The notes under the pieces were generated by a model, which had not been told where the DNA came from, searched no databases, and saw only the letters and a program-made list of their open reading frames with translations. Positions 15,292 to 24,801 of a DNA stretch of 64,000 nucleotides are shown one piece after another. The DNA is taken from NCBI GenBank assembly GCA_030536685.1, contig JAUNPP010000003.1:706-64705 (forward strand), in the 5' to 3' direction. Numbering within the stretch: position 1 is the stretch's first letter; each line of letters opens with the position of its first letter. Source of the DNA: Lachnospiraceae bacterium. Lineage in GTDB: Bacteria > Bacillota > Clostridia > Lachnospirales > Lachnospiraceae. A program made the position numbers and the translations under genes.

Positions 15292-16845
15292 TTACTTTTC
15301 AAATTGAATCGGCTTTACGTTTTTGTCGAGTGCGCGGAATTCGTAGCCTTTGCTTTTCAGCTCAGACAGGATACGGGGCAGCGCCTCTACAACGGTATGT
15401 TTTCCGGGTACATCATGCATCAGTAAAATGGATTTGTTGTTGTAGCTGCATTCTTTTACTGCTTTGGAAACCATCTGGGAAGCGGAGAAACCTTCTGTAT
15501 CTCCTGTGAATGCGTTCCAGTCATAGTAAACAAGTCCTTCGGATTTTACATGCTTTAACAGCTGGCTGCGGATTTTTCTGTTGTAGCCGGCATTGCTGCC
15601 GCCGGGGAAACGGAACAGCTTACTGTCTTCTCCGGTAGCATTTATAATAATGCTGTTCATCTTATTATAATCCTTCATATAATTATCTACAGAGCTGTAA
15701 ATGTTGGTGTAAACATGTGAAAATGTGTGGACACCAACAGCGTGGCCCCGGTCATGAACCTGTTTGATCATGTCTTTCAGCGCAGAGCCTTCCATGTACT
15801 GACCGGTTACAAACCATGTGGCTTTTGCATCATACTGATCCAGAATATCTAAAATCTCGGGAGTACCGGTGGTAGGACCGTCGTCGATCGTAATATAGAC
15901 GACTTTTTCATGATCATTCGGTTCTCCGGAGGTTGTAATTCCATTTTTATCTGCTGAAGACTCTTCGCCGGAGGATTCCTCTTCGCCGGACTGCGGTTCA
16001 CGGCTGGATTCATCGGACTCATTGGATGTATCGGATTCGGATTCCTGAGAGCTTTGAGTGTTGGATTCCTGTTTGGAAGCTTCGTTATCAGAGGATTCAT
16101 TAGAAGATTCATCAGAAGCTTTGTCAGAGGAGCTGTTTTTTGATTTTCCGGTCAGAAAATCTTTTACAGCATCTGCGATTCCGCGGGCAATCTTCTCCTG
16201 GTAATCATTTTGCGTCAGCAATCTGCCTTCCTCTTCGGCGGTGATAAAACCGGTTTCAATCAGGCAGGAAGGGATTTTGTTGTTCACCAGAACATATAGT
16301 TTGCTGTTTTTTTCAATTCCCCGGTCTTTGGCTCCTGTTGTTTTCAGTACGGATTTGTGAACCAGCGAAGCCAGTTTGTTGTTTTTTTTGCCGGCTTCTT
16401 CGCTGCAGTAGGTTTTGATTCCGCTTGTAACGGTATCATTGTCCAGCGAATTCTGGTGGATACTGACGAAAACATCTGCCTTTGCCTCCTGGGCCATGGA
16501 AATTCGGTCCTTCAGGCTGACGGTCATATCTTCAGAGCGCGCCATAGCAATCTGAAAACCATCCTCATAAAGAAAATCTCTGACTTTTTCCATAATCTGC
16601 AGGTTGATATCTTTTTCCATGATATCCTTTGTGCGTCCTCCTGCTTCTTTTCCCCCGTGCCCGGCGTCCAGAAAAACGGTATACTGTTTGCCGGTATTGC
16701 CTTTGTTTTCTGTTTTTGAAGAATCCGTCTGTTTATCCTGCGGATGAGATGTGCTGCAGGCAGTTAGAAAAATCATACAAAAACAAAGTATAAGAACTGC
16801 ACACCTGGAGATAAGGCGTGCAAAGTTATCATTTGAATGCTGCAT
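15292..16845 (-). CDS. lipoprotein fusing an N-acetylmuramoyl-L-alanine amidase (Amidase_3) to a NodB-type polysaccharide deacetylase
   Basis: Lipobox LTAC. Amidase_3 motifs DAGHGG and SIHQNS. S/E/D-rich linker. NodB motifs TIDDGP and HTFSH. Confidence 0.85.
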   Translation of the reverse strand: MQHSNDNFARLISRCAVLILCFCMIFLTACSTSHPQDKQTDSSKTENKGNTGKQYTVFLDAGHGGKEAGGRTKDIMEKDINLQIMEKVRDFLYEDGFQIAMARSEDMTVSLKDRISMAQEAKADVFVSIHQNSLDNDTVTSGIKTYCSEEAGKKNNKLASLVHKSVLKTTGAKDRGIEKNSKLYVLVNNKIPSCLIETGFITAEEEGRLLTQNDYQEKIARGIADAVKDFLTGKSKNSSSDKASDESSNESSDNEASKQESNTQSSQESESDTSNESDESSREPQSGEEESSGEESSADKNGITTSGEPNDHEKVVYITIDDGPTTGTPEILDILDQYDAKATWFVTGQYMEGSALKDMIKQVHDRGHAVGVHTFSHVYTNIYSSVDNYMKDYNKMNSIIINATGEDSKLFRFPGGSNAGYNRKIRSQLLKHVKSEGLVYYDWNAFTGDTEGFSASQMVSKAVKECSYNNKSILLMHDVPGKHTVVEALPRILSELKSKGYEFRALDKNVKPIQFEK

Positions 16846-17068
16846 TGATAGGTAGCTCCTTTCATGAAATATAGTTATCTAAAATGTATTCCGATAGCTG
16901 TTTCGTTACGCACATGCCCAACAGCAGCTGCCTTGACGCAGACAGGTTTTGCCCGGAATATTATTATTCTATCAAAGATATGTTTCAGAGCTGTCTACTA
17001 ACTGTTACAAAAGTATTTTATTTGTAGAAAAATATCAAAATCCATAGAGAAAGCAGATTTGAATTTGT

Positions 17069-17842
17069 TTAAAAAATCCATTCATACAAAATACCATACA
17101 ATTCCCGCACATAGTAGGTTGCAAACAGGTACCAGGGCGTTTTTCCGGGAACCGATGAGTGGGTAAAACCGAGAGCGTCGGCTATTTTGCCTGCGCGATA
17201 TTCGTGAAATTCGTTTGTTGCGATGGCTATTTCGGGATTGAGCTGATGCGCTTCTATTATTTCTTTGGAAAATGCAAGATTTTCTCTGGTTGAGGTGGAT
17301 CTGTCTTCCTTGTACAGCCGCTCGGGAGCAATCCCTTTTTGGGTCAGATAGCGGTACATGCACTCTGCTTCTGAGATGTTCTCGTCGGGTCCCTGTCCGC
17401 CTGATACGACACAGACTGAGTCGGGATTTTCCTCCATATATTCCCAGGTAGCTTCCAGACGTTTCAGAAGCATCAGACTGGGGTGTTCTCCGTTTACTTT
17501 ACAGCCAAGAAGGACAACGGTTGCGTTCGGCGCGGGAGTTTTTTTGGCGGCTGTTATCATACAGGCAGTTTCGGTTATGACCAGCCCGCCGATGATAACG
17601 GCAATCAGAAGAGCTGCATTTAACAGGTATTTGCCAGCAGGTCTTTTTCGAAGTCTTTTTACTGCGCTGTGAACCTTTTTCATGAAAATGGCATACGCCA
17701 TCAGCAAGACACAGAAAAGAAGCCCGGTCAGATTCCCGATATTAACGATTCGCCAGGTGAAAAACGGAAGCAGAAACCAGATTGCTCCTGCGAGGCCTGA
17801 AAAAAATAAAAAGCCGGATAAAATTCTCTTTTGAATGTTCAT
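17069..17842 (-). CDS. YdcF/DUF218 family membrane-anchored protein
   Basis: Three N-terminal TM helices, then the DUF218 core VVLLGCKVNG ... VVSGGQGPDE ... STSTRENL. GGGAG SD before the ATG at 17842. Confidence 0.8.
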   Translation of the reverse strand: MNIQKRILSGFLFFSGLAGAIWFLLPFFTWRIVNIGNLTGLLFCVLLMAYAIFMKKVHSAVKRLRKRPAGKYLLNAALLIAVIIGGLVITETACMITAAKKTPAPNATVVLLGCKVNGEHPSLMLLKRLEATWEYMEENPDSVCVVSGGQGPDENISEAECMYRYLTQKGIAPERLYKEDRSTSTRENLAFSKEIIEAHQLNPEIAIATNEFHEYRAGKIADALGFTHSSVPGKTPWYLFATYYVRELYGILYEWIF

Positions 17843-17857
17843 ATGTATACACTCCCT

Positions 17858-17932
17858 GATCAATAACTCCTGATTAATACGCAGATTAATGCGCAGATCA
17901 ATACGCGAATCAATACGCAGATCAATACGTAC
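17858..17932. repeat. 12-bp tandem repeat, about 6 copies (ATCAATACGCAG)
   Basis: CTGATCAATAACTC CTGATTAATACG CAGATTAATGCG CAGATCAATACG CGAATCAATACG CAGATCAATACG, immediately upstream of the ydcF-like start. Confidence 0.85.
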
Positions 17933-17946
17933 AGAAAATGAACAGA

Positions 17947-17977
17947 GATTACCTGTCTGAATTTCAGACAGGTAATC
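17947..17977 (-). terminator. terminator hairpin downstream of the BCCT gene
   Basis: Perfect 14-bp stem GATTACCTGTCTGA / TCAGACAGGTAATC with a 3-nt loop. Moderately U-rich tail on the minus strand. Confidence 0.7.
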
Positions 17978-18098
17978 GGGTTCATTCTATAGCAAAGTGA
18001 CTTTAAATGCCAGAGGGCATTATAGTGACAGTATAATTCAGGGGTTGTGAAAATACAATGAAGGAATTCTTGCATTTTTCTAACATTTCTATCACATG

Positions 18099-19628
18099 TT
18101 AGGACTCATGCTGATCTTTTTTCATTTCTATTACAAGATTTACGCATATTAAAAGAAGAATAAACAGGTAAGGAAATGCGATTACAATAGAAATCGTCTG
18201 AATTACCGAAATACTTCCGGACATAATCAGGGCAAATGCAACAACGGCTATTAAAATGCCCCAGAATATTTTTTTGTTGTTAGGAGGATTCAATTCTCCG
18301 TCGGATGTCAGCATGGACAGAACAAAGGTTGCGGAGTCCGCAGAGGTTATAAAAAATATAATCAGCAGAACGATGGCGATTAAGGATAAGATGATTCCTG
18401 CCTTGTACTGGTCAAAAATGTAGAACAGGGTAGTTTGCGGAGCTGCCGCGATTTCTGCCAGCTGTTCTTTTGCAAAATTACCTGCTGCATGCAGCGAAAC
18501 GCCTCCAAAGGTGGAAAACCAGACTGCGGATACTGCGGTGGGAATGATCATAACGCCCAGGATAAATTCGCGGATCGTTCTTCCGCGGGAAATGCGGGCG
18601 ATAAATACACCGACGAAGGGCGCCCATGAAAGCCACCAGGCCCAGTAGAAAACACGCCAGTCCTGAATCCAGGAGCTGTCTCCCTGTGAAGAAAGACGCA
18701 GACTGTCGGGAATAAAGTTTACAAGGTAATCCTTTATACCAACCAGCAGATAATTCAGGATCTCACCTGCAGGTCCGATGAAAAAGGCGAGAATCAGCAG
18801 GAAAGAAAACAGTACAAGGTTGATATTGGAAAGCAGCTTGACGCCTTTTCCGACACCGCTGATGGCGCTTTGCAGGTAGATAAAACAGATAATGGTAATG
18901 ACTGTAATCCACGTGAGCATCTTGTTGGGAATGGAAAAGAGATGTTCAAGTCCGCTGCAGATCTGCAGACAGCCCATGCCAAAGGAGGTGGCAACTCCGG
19001 TTACGGTGATGATCGTGGTGAAGATATCGATTGCCTTTCCGATAGGGCCTTTTGCTTTTTTATCTCCCAGCATAGGCTTAAAAAGGTTGCTCGCAAGAGC
19101 AGATTCCTTTTTGCGGAACTGGAAAAAGGCGAGTCCGAGTCCCATGACCGCATAACATGCCCACGGATGCAGACCCCAGTGCATAATACAGGAACGAATG
19201 GAAAAACGGGCGGCTTCGGCAGAATGCGGCTCAATTCCCTTCATGGGACTTACATAATGAGAGATTGGCTCTGCAACTCCCCAAAATACAAGGCCGATTC
19301 CCATTCCCGCTGCAAACAGCATGGCAAACCAGGAAATCGTGCTGTACTCCGGCCGTTCATCATCTGCGCCAAGACGGATCTTCCCGAATTTGCTGAATGC
19401 AATGATAAGGGAGAATACTACGAAAAACAGCATGACTCCCAGATAAAGCCAGGAGAAATTCTGTTTTAAAGAGGCCATTAGCTGGTTGGCGCTTCCCGAA
19501 AAAGAATCGTTGCTGATAATTCCCCAGAGAGCAATGGCAATTGTGATAGCTGCTGAAATAAGGAAAACAACATTTGGCTTTTTCGCGTTTTCTTGGTTCG
19601 TTTTTTCTTTTTTTGTAGTTTCTTTCAA
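18099..19628 (-). CDS. BCCT family betaine/carnitine/choline transporter
   Basis: 12-TM protein carrying Trp-rich BCCT-type blocks such as WTVFYWAWW-like VFYWAWWLSWAPFVG. The likely start is a TTG at 19628, 6 nt after AGGAGG; the track start at 19745 is an upstream in-frame TTG with no SD. Confidence 0.85.
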   Translation of the reverse strand: MKETTKKEKTNQENAKKPNVVFLISAAITIAIALWGIISNDSFSGSANQLMASLKQNFSWLYLGVMLFFVVFSLIIAFSKFGKIRLGADDERPEYSTISWFAMLFAAGMGIGLVFWGVAEPISHYVSPMKGIEPHSAEAARFSIRSCIMHWGLHPWACYAVMGLGLAFFQFRKKESALASNLFKPMLGDKKAKGPIGKAIDIFTTIITVTGVATSFGMGCLQICSGLEHLFSIPNKMLTWITVITIICFIYLQSAISGVGKGVKLLSNINLVLFSFLLILAFFIGPAGEILNYLLVGIKDYLVNFIPDSLRLSSQGDSSWIQDWRVFYWAWWLSWAPFVGVFIARISRGRTIREFILGVMIIPTAVSAVWFSTFGGVSLHAAGNFAKEQLAEIAAAPQTTLFYIFDQYKAGIILSLIAIVLLIIFFITSADSATFVLSMLTSDGELNPPNNKKIFWGILIAVVAFALIMSGSISVIQTISIVIAFPYLFILLLICVNLVIEMKKDQHES

Positions 19629-19759
19629 AATGTTCCTCCTTATAAGATCACCGTTGGTGATGTGACGTCGGTTTCCGGGTAAAACTGTTTCCGCGCCGGG
19701 GCAGGGGCGCCCGGCGCGGGTGTAAACAGAAGGAAATATTTTCAACTGTTTTAAAGCTC

Positions 19760-21037
19760 TTAGCTGTTAGCTTTTTTTCGTTTCAGAATAAATCCGGCAG
19801 TGACTCCGAGCAATGCCCATACGACCATCCAGATCAGCATAAAATTGAAACCGGTTTCAATGTTGCCGATGCCTTCGCCGTAGCTGATAAAGCGACTGAT
19901 GATCGGAGGAACAAAAATATCGGGAGTTAAGCCAATCAGTGAAATAACGCCTGTGGCCATACCGGTAGCAGCGAGCGGAATACCGGCATCACCCATGATA
20001 GACCAGTAAGTAGATTTAATAACGTTAACCATATAGGAAAGAACAACGGTTACAATAACACATACAAAAACCAGGTTGTTGGTCAGCAGGATGCCGATAA
20101 CAGAAATGCCGGTTAAAAGGAAAGCTGTCATCATGGCCTGACCTTTGGTGCGGAATTTGTCGATGATAACACCGCCGGAAGCACCTGCTACAAAAACGAT
20201 AATATAGCTTCGGATAATGGAAAGCGTACTTGAAAGACTGGCGTCAATTCCCAGAACACGGGTACAGTACGTTCCGATATAATTGTTAACAGTAGACCAT
20301 AAGGTATAACCGCACATGATAACAAAAATACAGATCCAGATAGAAGGACTTTTTAAGAACTGAAGAATAGAGTAATTTCCTTCTTTTTTCTCTGTTCTGG
20401 CAGCTTTCTCTGCTGTGGCAGCTTCTTCCTCAGAAGCAGCGGCCTTTTTGTTTTCACTGTCAAAATCCGGAATCAGGAAAATAACGGCCAGTGCAAGGAG
20501 TGCAAATGCAGCAGCATTGATCCAGAGCGCAGCGCGGAAGCCCAGTGTAACAGAAGCGAACAGACCCATAGCTCCCAGACAGATGAAGGAGACGATTGTC
20601 TGGGCGATTCCTCTTAATCCTTCGCTTAAACCGAAAATGGTTCCCTGCTTTTCTTCGGAGGCCAGATTGCGGACAGCTTTCAGATAAGGAGACCAGAAGG
20701 TACCAACACTGAAGATTCCGTATAAGGCATGAATAACAAGAAGCGCCGTATATCCGGGATAGAAGGAGTACCAGATCGTAGTCAGGCACATACCCAGATT
20801 GGTGATCACCAGAAGCTTTTTGGTGCTGAAGCGTTCAGCCAGCATACCGCTGGGAACAAAAACGATTACATAGAACAAACCGTATACAGATCCGATCGTT
20901 CCCATCTGAACATCAGTAATCTGAAGAGCTTCCATCATCTGATCATAAAATGAAAAGCGAAGGAAGGGAGTCAGATAAACCAATCCGGCGATTGCGCTTA
21001 AAATGACAAGTGCAAGGGTTCTTTTTTTTCCGTTCAT
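19760..21037 (-). CDS. MFS transporter
   Basis: 12 TM segments. Start MNGKKRTLALVILS at 21037 with an AGAGAGG SD. The 85-codon upstream extension in the track crosses palindromes and A/T-rich promoter DNA. Confidence 0.8.
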   Translation of the reverse strand: MNGKKRTLALVILSAIAGLVYLTPFLRFSFYDQMMEALQITDVQMGTIGSVYGLFYVIVFVPSGMLAERFSTKKLLVITNLGMCLTTIWYSFYPGYTALLVIHALYGIFSVGTFWSPYLKAVRNLASEEKQGTIFGLSEGLRGIAQTIVSFICLGAMGLFASVTLGFRAALWINAAAFALLALAVIFLIPDFDSENKKAAASEEEAATAEKAARTEKKEGNYSILQFLKSPSIWICIFVIMCGYTLWSTVNNYIGTYCTRVLGIDASLSSTLSIIRSYIIVFVAGASGGVIIDKFRTKGQAMMTAFLLTGISVIGILLTNNLVFVCVIVTVVLSYMVNVIKSTYWSIMGDAGIPLAATGMATGVISLIGLTPDIFVPPIISRFISYGEGIGNIETGFNFMLIWMVVWALLGVTAGFILKRKKANS

Positions 21038-21240
21038 AATATACCTCTCTTTCGGCAGTTGAATTGTGCTGCAATAGCAGCGGTGCTGTGGTTTACCGGC
21101 AGGCGTCATAGTTTTCAAAAGAAATAAAAGGTTATCCATGATAACTATGACAAATAACGATACAGGAATTGCAAAGCAAAAAAAGAAACATTGTAATGGA
21201 TCGGCTTTGCAAAAAATACAGGCATACATGGTAATGACAT

Positions 21241-21277
21241 CTGCGTATAAAGTTATTAGCGATAACTTTATACGCAG
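21241..21277. promoter_or_regulatory. 37-bp perfect palindrome (16-bp arms, 5-bp spacer)
   Basis: CTGCGTATAAAGTTAT-TAGCG-ATAACTTTATACGCAG. The sequence fact is certain; a function as an operator or cruciform is inferred. Confidence 0.6.
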
Positions 21278-21433
21278 ATAGAAACAGCGCAAACCTGTAA
21301 AAAACCGTTATTATGCTGTATTTATTATAAAATTTAAATGCAAAATTGTCAATAAGAAAGATGGAAAAATGAAAAATATATCAAAATACTGAAATAGTCA
21401 GAAAAAATAAATGAAAAATACAAAAAATAAAGG

Positions 21434-21472
21434 TTGACAATGATAACTTTACATGATATTATCAGGTTATCA
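21434..21472 (+). promoter_or_regulatory. mttB-family gene promoter bracketed by TGATAAC/GTTATCA half-sites
   Basis: TTGACA (21434-21439), 17-nt spacer, TATTAT (21457-21462). TGATAAC at 21441 and GTTATCA at 21466. TGATATTATCA overlaps the -10 element. Confidence 0.65.
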
Positions 21473-21510
21473 AAAACATCGAATAAAACTTGATACAAGG
21501 AGGAAACAGT

Positions 21511-22920
21511 ATGCAGAGATATCAGGTATTAACTCAGAACGAAATCGAAAAAATTCACGAAAACTCCCTTCATATTATGGAGAAAATAGGTATCAAAATT
21601 ACCTATGAGCCTGCAAGAGAGATTTTTGCAAAGCATGGTGCAAAAGTAGATGGCGATAAAGTGTATTTTCCGAGAACACTGGTAGAAGAGGCGATTAAGT
21701 TATCACCGTCATCCTTTACTCTGTACGCAAGAGATCCTAAAAACAATGTAGAAATCACAACAGAGAAAACCGCGTATGTAGGCCCTTATGGTTCTCCGTT
21801 TGTAACCGATCTGGACAAAGGACGCAGAGATGCAAAGCTGGAAGACTTTGTTAACATCGTAAAAATCTGTGACAAGCTTGAAAATATTGATATTCAGAGC
21901 CATATTTCCTGTGAGACAACAGATATTGCAGTAGCAAAGCGCCCGACAACCATGGTTTACAATACAATTAAATATAGTACAAAGCCGTTCATGGGAAGCG
22001 TTTACGGTTATAAGAATGCCCGTGAAACTATCGAGCTGGCAGCAATCGCCTTTGGAGGCCTGGATGAAATTAAGAAGAGACCGGTTATGGCTTCCATTCC
22101 CTGTACTTTAACTCCTCTGAGCTATGATGATAACCAGTTAGGTGCAATTATCGCTTATGCAGAAACAGGTCAGGCACAGCTGATCAACTCTCTTTCTATC
22201 GCAGGTATGACAACTCCTGTAACAGTAGCAGGTCTTGTATCGCTTCAGAACGCTGAAGTTCTTGCAGGAATCGTGCTGGCACAGTGTGTAAATCCCGGAA
22301 CTCCTGTTGTTTATTCCGCATCCGGCTCCGGCGCTGAGATGAGCAGCGGCGTTCTGGCAATCGGTTCTCCCGAGGATGCAATTATTTCTCTGGTTAACGG
22401 ACAGCTGGCGAAATACTATCAGATTCCCTGCCGTATCAGCGGCGCTTTGTCAGATTCCAAGATGATGGATTCTCAGGCAGCTTATGAATCTGCAATCACA
22501 TTGATGATGGCTCAGATGGCAGGCGGCAACTTCATCCTTCATTCAGCAGGTATTATTGAGACCTACAACTGTACTTCATTTGAAAAACTGATCGTGGACA
22601 ACGAAATCATCGGTTACATGAAGTATATCAACAGAGGCGTTGAAGTAAATGAAGATACACTTGCATTTGATGCAATTGAAGAAGTTGGCCCTCAGGGAAC
22701 ATTCCTGGTACATGACCATACTCTGGATTATTTCAGAGATGAATTATACAGACCTACACTCAGCAACAGAAAGACATATGAACAGTGGAAAGCAGATGGC
22801 GCGTTACCGATTGAACAGGTTGCAAACAAGAAGTGGAAAGATATCCTTGCTTCTTATCAGGAACCCGCATTATCTTCTGAGGTTGATGCACGCATGAAGA
22901 AATACATGGAAAGTTTGTAA
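21511..22920 (+). CDS. MttB-superfamily (trimethylamine methyltransferase-like) protein with no in-frame amber codon
   Basis: 469-aa uninterrupted ORF. N-terminus MQRYQVLTQNEIEKIHENSLHIMEKIGIKI and TIM-barrel-length body are typical of MttB homologs. AGGAGG SD. Confidence 0.85.
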   Translation: MQRYQVLTQNEIEKIHENSLHIMEKIGIKITYEPAREIFAKHGAKVDGDKVYFPRTLVEEAIKLSPSSFTLYARDPKNNVEITTEKTAYVGPYGSPFVTDLDKGRRDAKLEDFVNIVKICDKLENIDIQSHISCETTDIAVAKRPTTMVYNTIKYSTKPFMGSVYGYKNARETIELAAIAFGGLDEIKKRPVMASIPCTLTPLSYDDNQLGAIIAYAETGQAQLINSLSIAGMTTPVTVAGLVSLQNAEVLAGIVLAQCVNPGTPVVYSASGSGAEMSSGVLAIGSPEDAIISLVNGQLAKYYQIPCRISGALSDSKMMDSQAAYESAITLMMAQMAGGNFILHSAGIIETYNCTSFEKLIVDNEIIGYMKYINRGVEVNEDTLAFDAIEEVGPQGTFLVHDHTLDYFRDELYRPTLSNRKTYEQWKADGALPIEQVANKKWKDILASYQEPALSSEVDARMKKYMESL

Positions 22921-23056
22921 AAACCAGCAAGATGTCTATGATGCAAGTCTGCAAGGGGCGTATTGGTGCTGAAAGCACCAATACGCCCCGGCCAGACTTC
23001 GTATCATAGACATTTTGCGTTCTCTGAACATCCCTGCTGTCCCAAAATCTCTGAAC
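22921..23056. repeat. copy B of the rod-hairpin repeat (inverted relative to copy A), interrupted by the IS
   Basis: Contains a perfect 16-bp central stem GGGGCGTATTGGTGCT-GAA-AGCACCAATACGCCCC. It continues after the IS at 24812-24817. Confidence 0.85.
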
Positions 23057-24801
23057 CAATGTCATTAAGTTAACATCAAAATAGTGTGGCAGAGTCAGGA
23101 TGGGGTGTCTCAAAAGACGCATTTCACTGTGAAGTGCTTGAGATTGATCAATTCGACATTACTGACAGATATGCCAAAAACCATGTAGGCACGACAAATA
23201 GACAGATTATGCATCTGTCTCAAAAATGTTATTATAATAATGGTGTCTACTCTATGCCGCCCGATATATAAAGTATCGTGGCTTTCGGAAATGAGCTGTT
23301 TGAAGCCTTGTGTATTGGCGATCTTTCCGAATGGGGATTAGTTCCTTTTGGAGCAGCGACATCACATCATGTTGGTCTTTCTCCGTGGATAGACGGAGAA
23401 AGACCCTGCAAATATGTGCAGCCATCGTGAAATTAACCTTATATTCATGCTTTGTATCGTGCTTTTTCAAAACGGTGTGATTAACCAGCATTTCTGTTGC
23501 GTTGTAAGCTATGAGCTTAGCCCATATTTCCTGTTCAATGTATTCTGGTTTATAAGCATGGAAATTACTCAACCCAATTGTGTATTTCAGTTTTCTAAAC
23601 GAGGATTCAATTGACCATCTGGCATGATATAGAGTCTTTATACGCTCTGCTGGAAATTCGTCACGCGGCAGATTTGTCACAATACACTGATATGTAGATT
23701 CACTAATCGGAAATCTGACAATACGAAAACAGAGTTTATAAGTATCCAGACTGCCATATTCAATAAAATCAAAAGCAGCAGCCCGATCCACAAAGCGCAT
23801 GTAACTATCACTATCCACCTGTATCTTTTTGGAATGACTTCTGACCAGTGTGACCTTGACATCTATATCAAATGACTCTTCTTCCGGAAATACAAATTTA
23901 CCGACCAATCCTTTTGAGTGGATATCTTTGGTACGAAAAAGGAAATACTGTCCCTGCTGGAGGACATGGGCCATGTTGTTGTAAGAACAATAGCCACGGT
24001 CACCAATATAGACGTTTTTGCGTCCTTCAAGAACAACATGTCGATCAACGATTTCGCAAAAAGCTCCAAACTCATTTTTGGAGTGAACCGGTTGAATCAG
24101 AGCGTCTGTATAGAGATGGGTGTCCAAATCAAAAAATGCGTTTAAATGCATGCTGTAAACTCCTCGAATGGAATTGCCCGGAGAGTAGTAAAAATCTTCC
24201 GATGAAAATTTTGGCGTACTAAAGTAGGTACAGGTAGAGCCATCTGCGGCCAGGTAACGGTAGTTATCATCAGAGAAAGAGGAATGTGACAATTCCATGG
24301 CAGAAGCATTAAAGATATGAAACACAGCCTGCAATGCACTTGATTTAAGCTTATTACGTTGCTGATTTAAAGCTGAAGAAGATGGAAATGAGGGATTAAG
24401 TCCCCAAAAGTCAAGCATTTCAACTCTTGAAGAAGATGAACCCTGAGATACAAGAAAAGAAATGAGACTCTGCGGAGAGATTTTTCTGGTTCTGGAGAAG
24501 TCAGTTTCTGGATTAACAGAATGCTGAGAGATATCCGAACAGACTTGATCCACGGCAGAAAGGAATAAATTTTTGAGAGTTTGATGAAACATAGCAGTGT
24601 GCCTCCTTGAATTAAAATGAAAATATATTTGTTAATTCAAGGGCCGCTCTCGTTACATCTGAAAATCCATCAGTAACGAGAGCGGCCGCACATTTTGACC
24701 ATTGTGTCAACTGTTTTTCTGAAAAAATTCAAATAAATTGGTTAGACCCCATGCTGAAATTTTAGCCAGTTAAAATGCAAAACGTTAACTTAATGACATT
24801 G
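23057..24801 (-). mobile_element. IS4-family insertion sequence, 1745 bp, apparently intact
   Basis: Perfect 18-bp terminal inverted repeats CAATGTCATTAAGTTAAC (23057-23074 and the reverse complement at 24784-24801). 10-bp direct target duplication ATCTCTGAAC at 23047-23056 and 24802-24811. Confidence 0.9.
23252..24592 (-). CDS. IS4-family DDE transposase
   Basis: DDE candidates LAADGS, IGDRGY and the Y-x2-R-x3-E-x6-K signature YHARWSIESSFRKLK. Confidence 0.9.
   Translation of the reverse strand: MFHQTLKNLFLSAVDQVCSDISQHSVNPETDFSRTRKISPQSLISFLVSQGSSSSRVEMLDFWGLNPSFPSSSALNQQRNKLKSSALQAVFHIFNASAMELSHSSFSDDNYRYLAADGSTCTYFSTPKFSSEDFYYSPGNSIRGVYSMHLNAFFDLDTHLYTDALIQPVHSKNEFGAFCEIVDRHVVLEGRKNVYIGDRGYCSYNNMAHVLQQGQYFLFRTKDIHSKGLVGKFVFPEEESFDIDVKVTLVRSHSKKIQVDSDSYMRFVDRAAAFDFIEYGSLDTYKLCFRIVRFPISESTYQCIVTNLPRDEFPAERIKTLYHARWSIESSFRKLKYTIGLSNFHAYKPEYIEQEIWAKLIAYNATEMLVNHTVLKKHDTKHEYKVNFTMAAHICRVFLRLSTEKDQHDVMSLLQKELIPIRKDRQYTRLQTAHFRKPRYFIYRAA

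Noticed and set aside
18870-19469. 199-aa plus-strand ORF.
   Set aside because: It is antisense to the BCCT transporter gene, which has clear family blocks. It has no SD.
21038-21292. 85-codon N-terminal extension of the MFS gene given in the track.
   Set aside because: - The extension crosses the 37-bp palindrome and the other operator-like palindromes, and it is A/T-rich.
- A proper SD precedes the internal ATG at 21037, which begins a typical MFS N-terminus.
21511-22920. Pyrrolysine (in-frame TAG) decoding in the mttB-family gene.
   Set aside because: The ORF is uninterrupted from ATG to TAA with no internal amber codon. No pylTSBCD-like genes are seen in the window. It is therefore a non-Pyl member of the family.
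23086-23271. 61-aa plus-strand ORF inside the IS.
   Set aside because: - It lies in the 195-bp region between the IS end and the transposase stop, on the opposite strand.
- It has no SD.
- It overlaps the subterminal repeat sequence.
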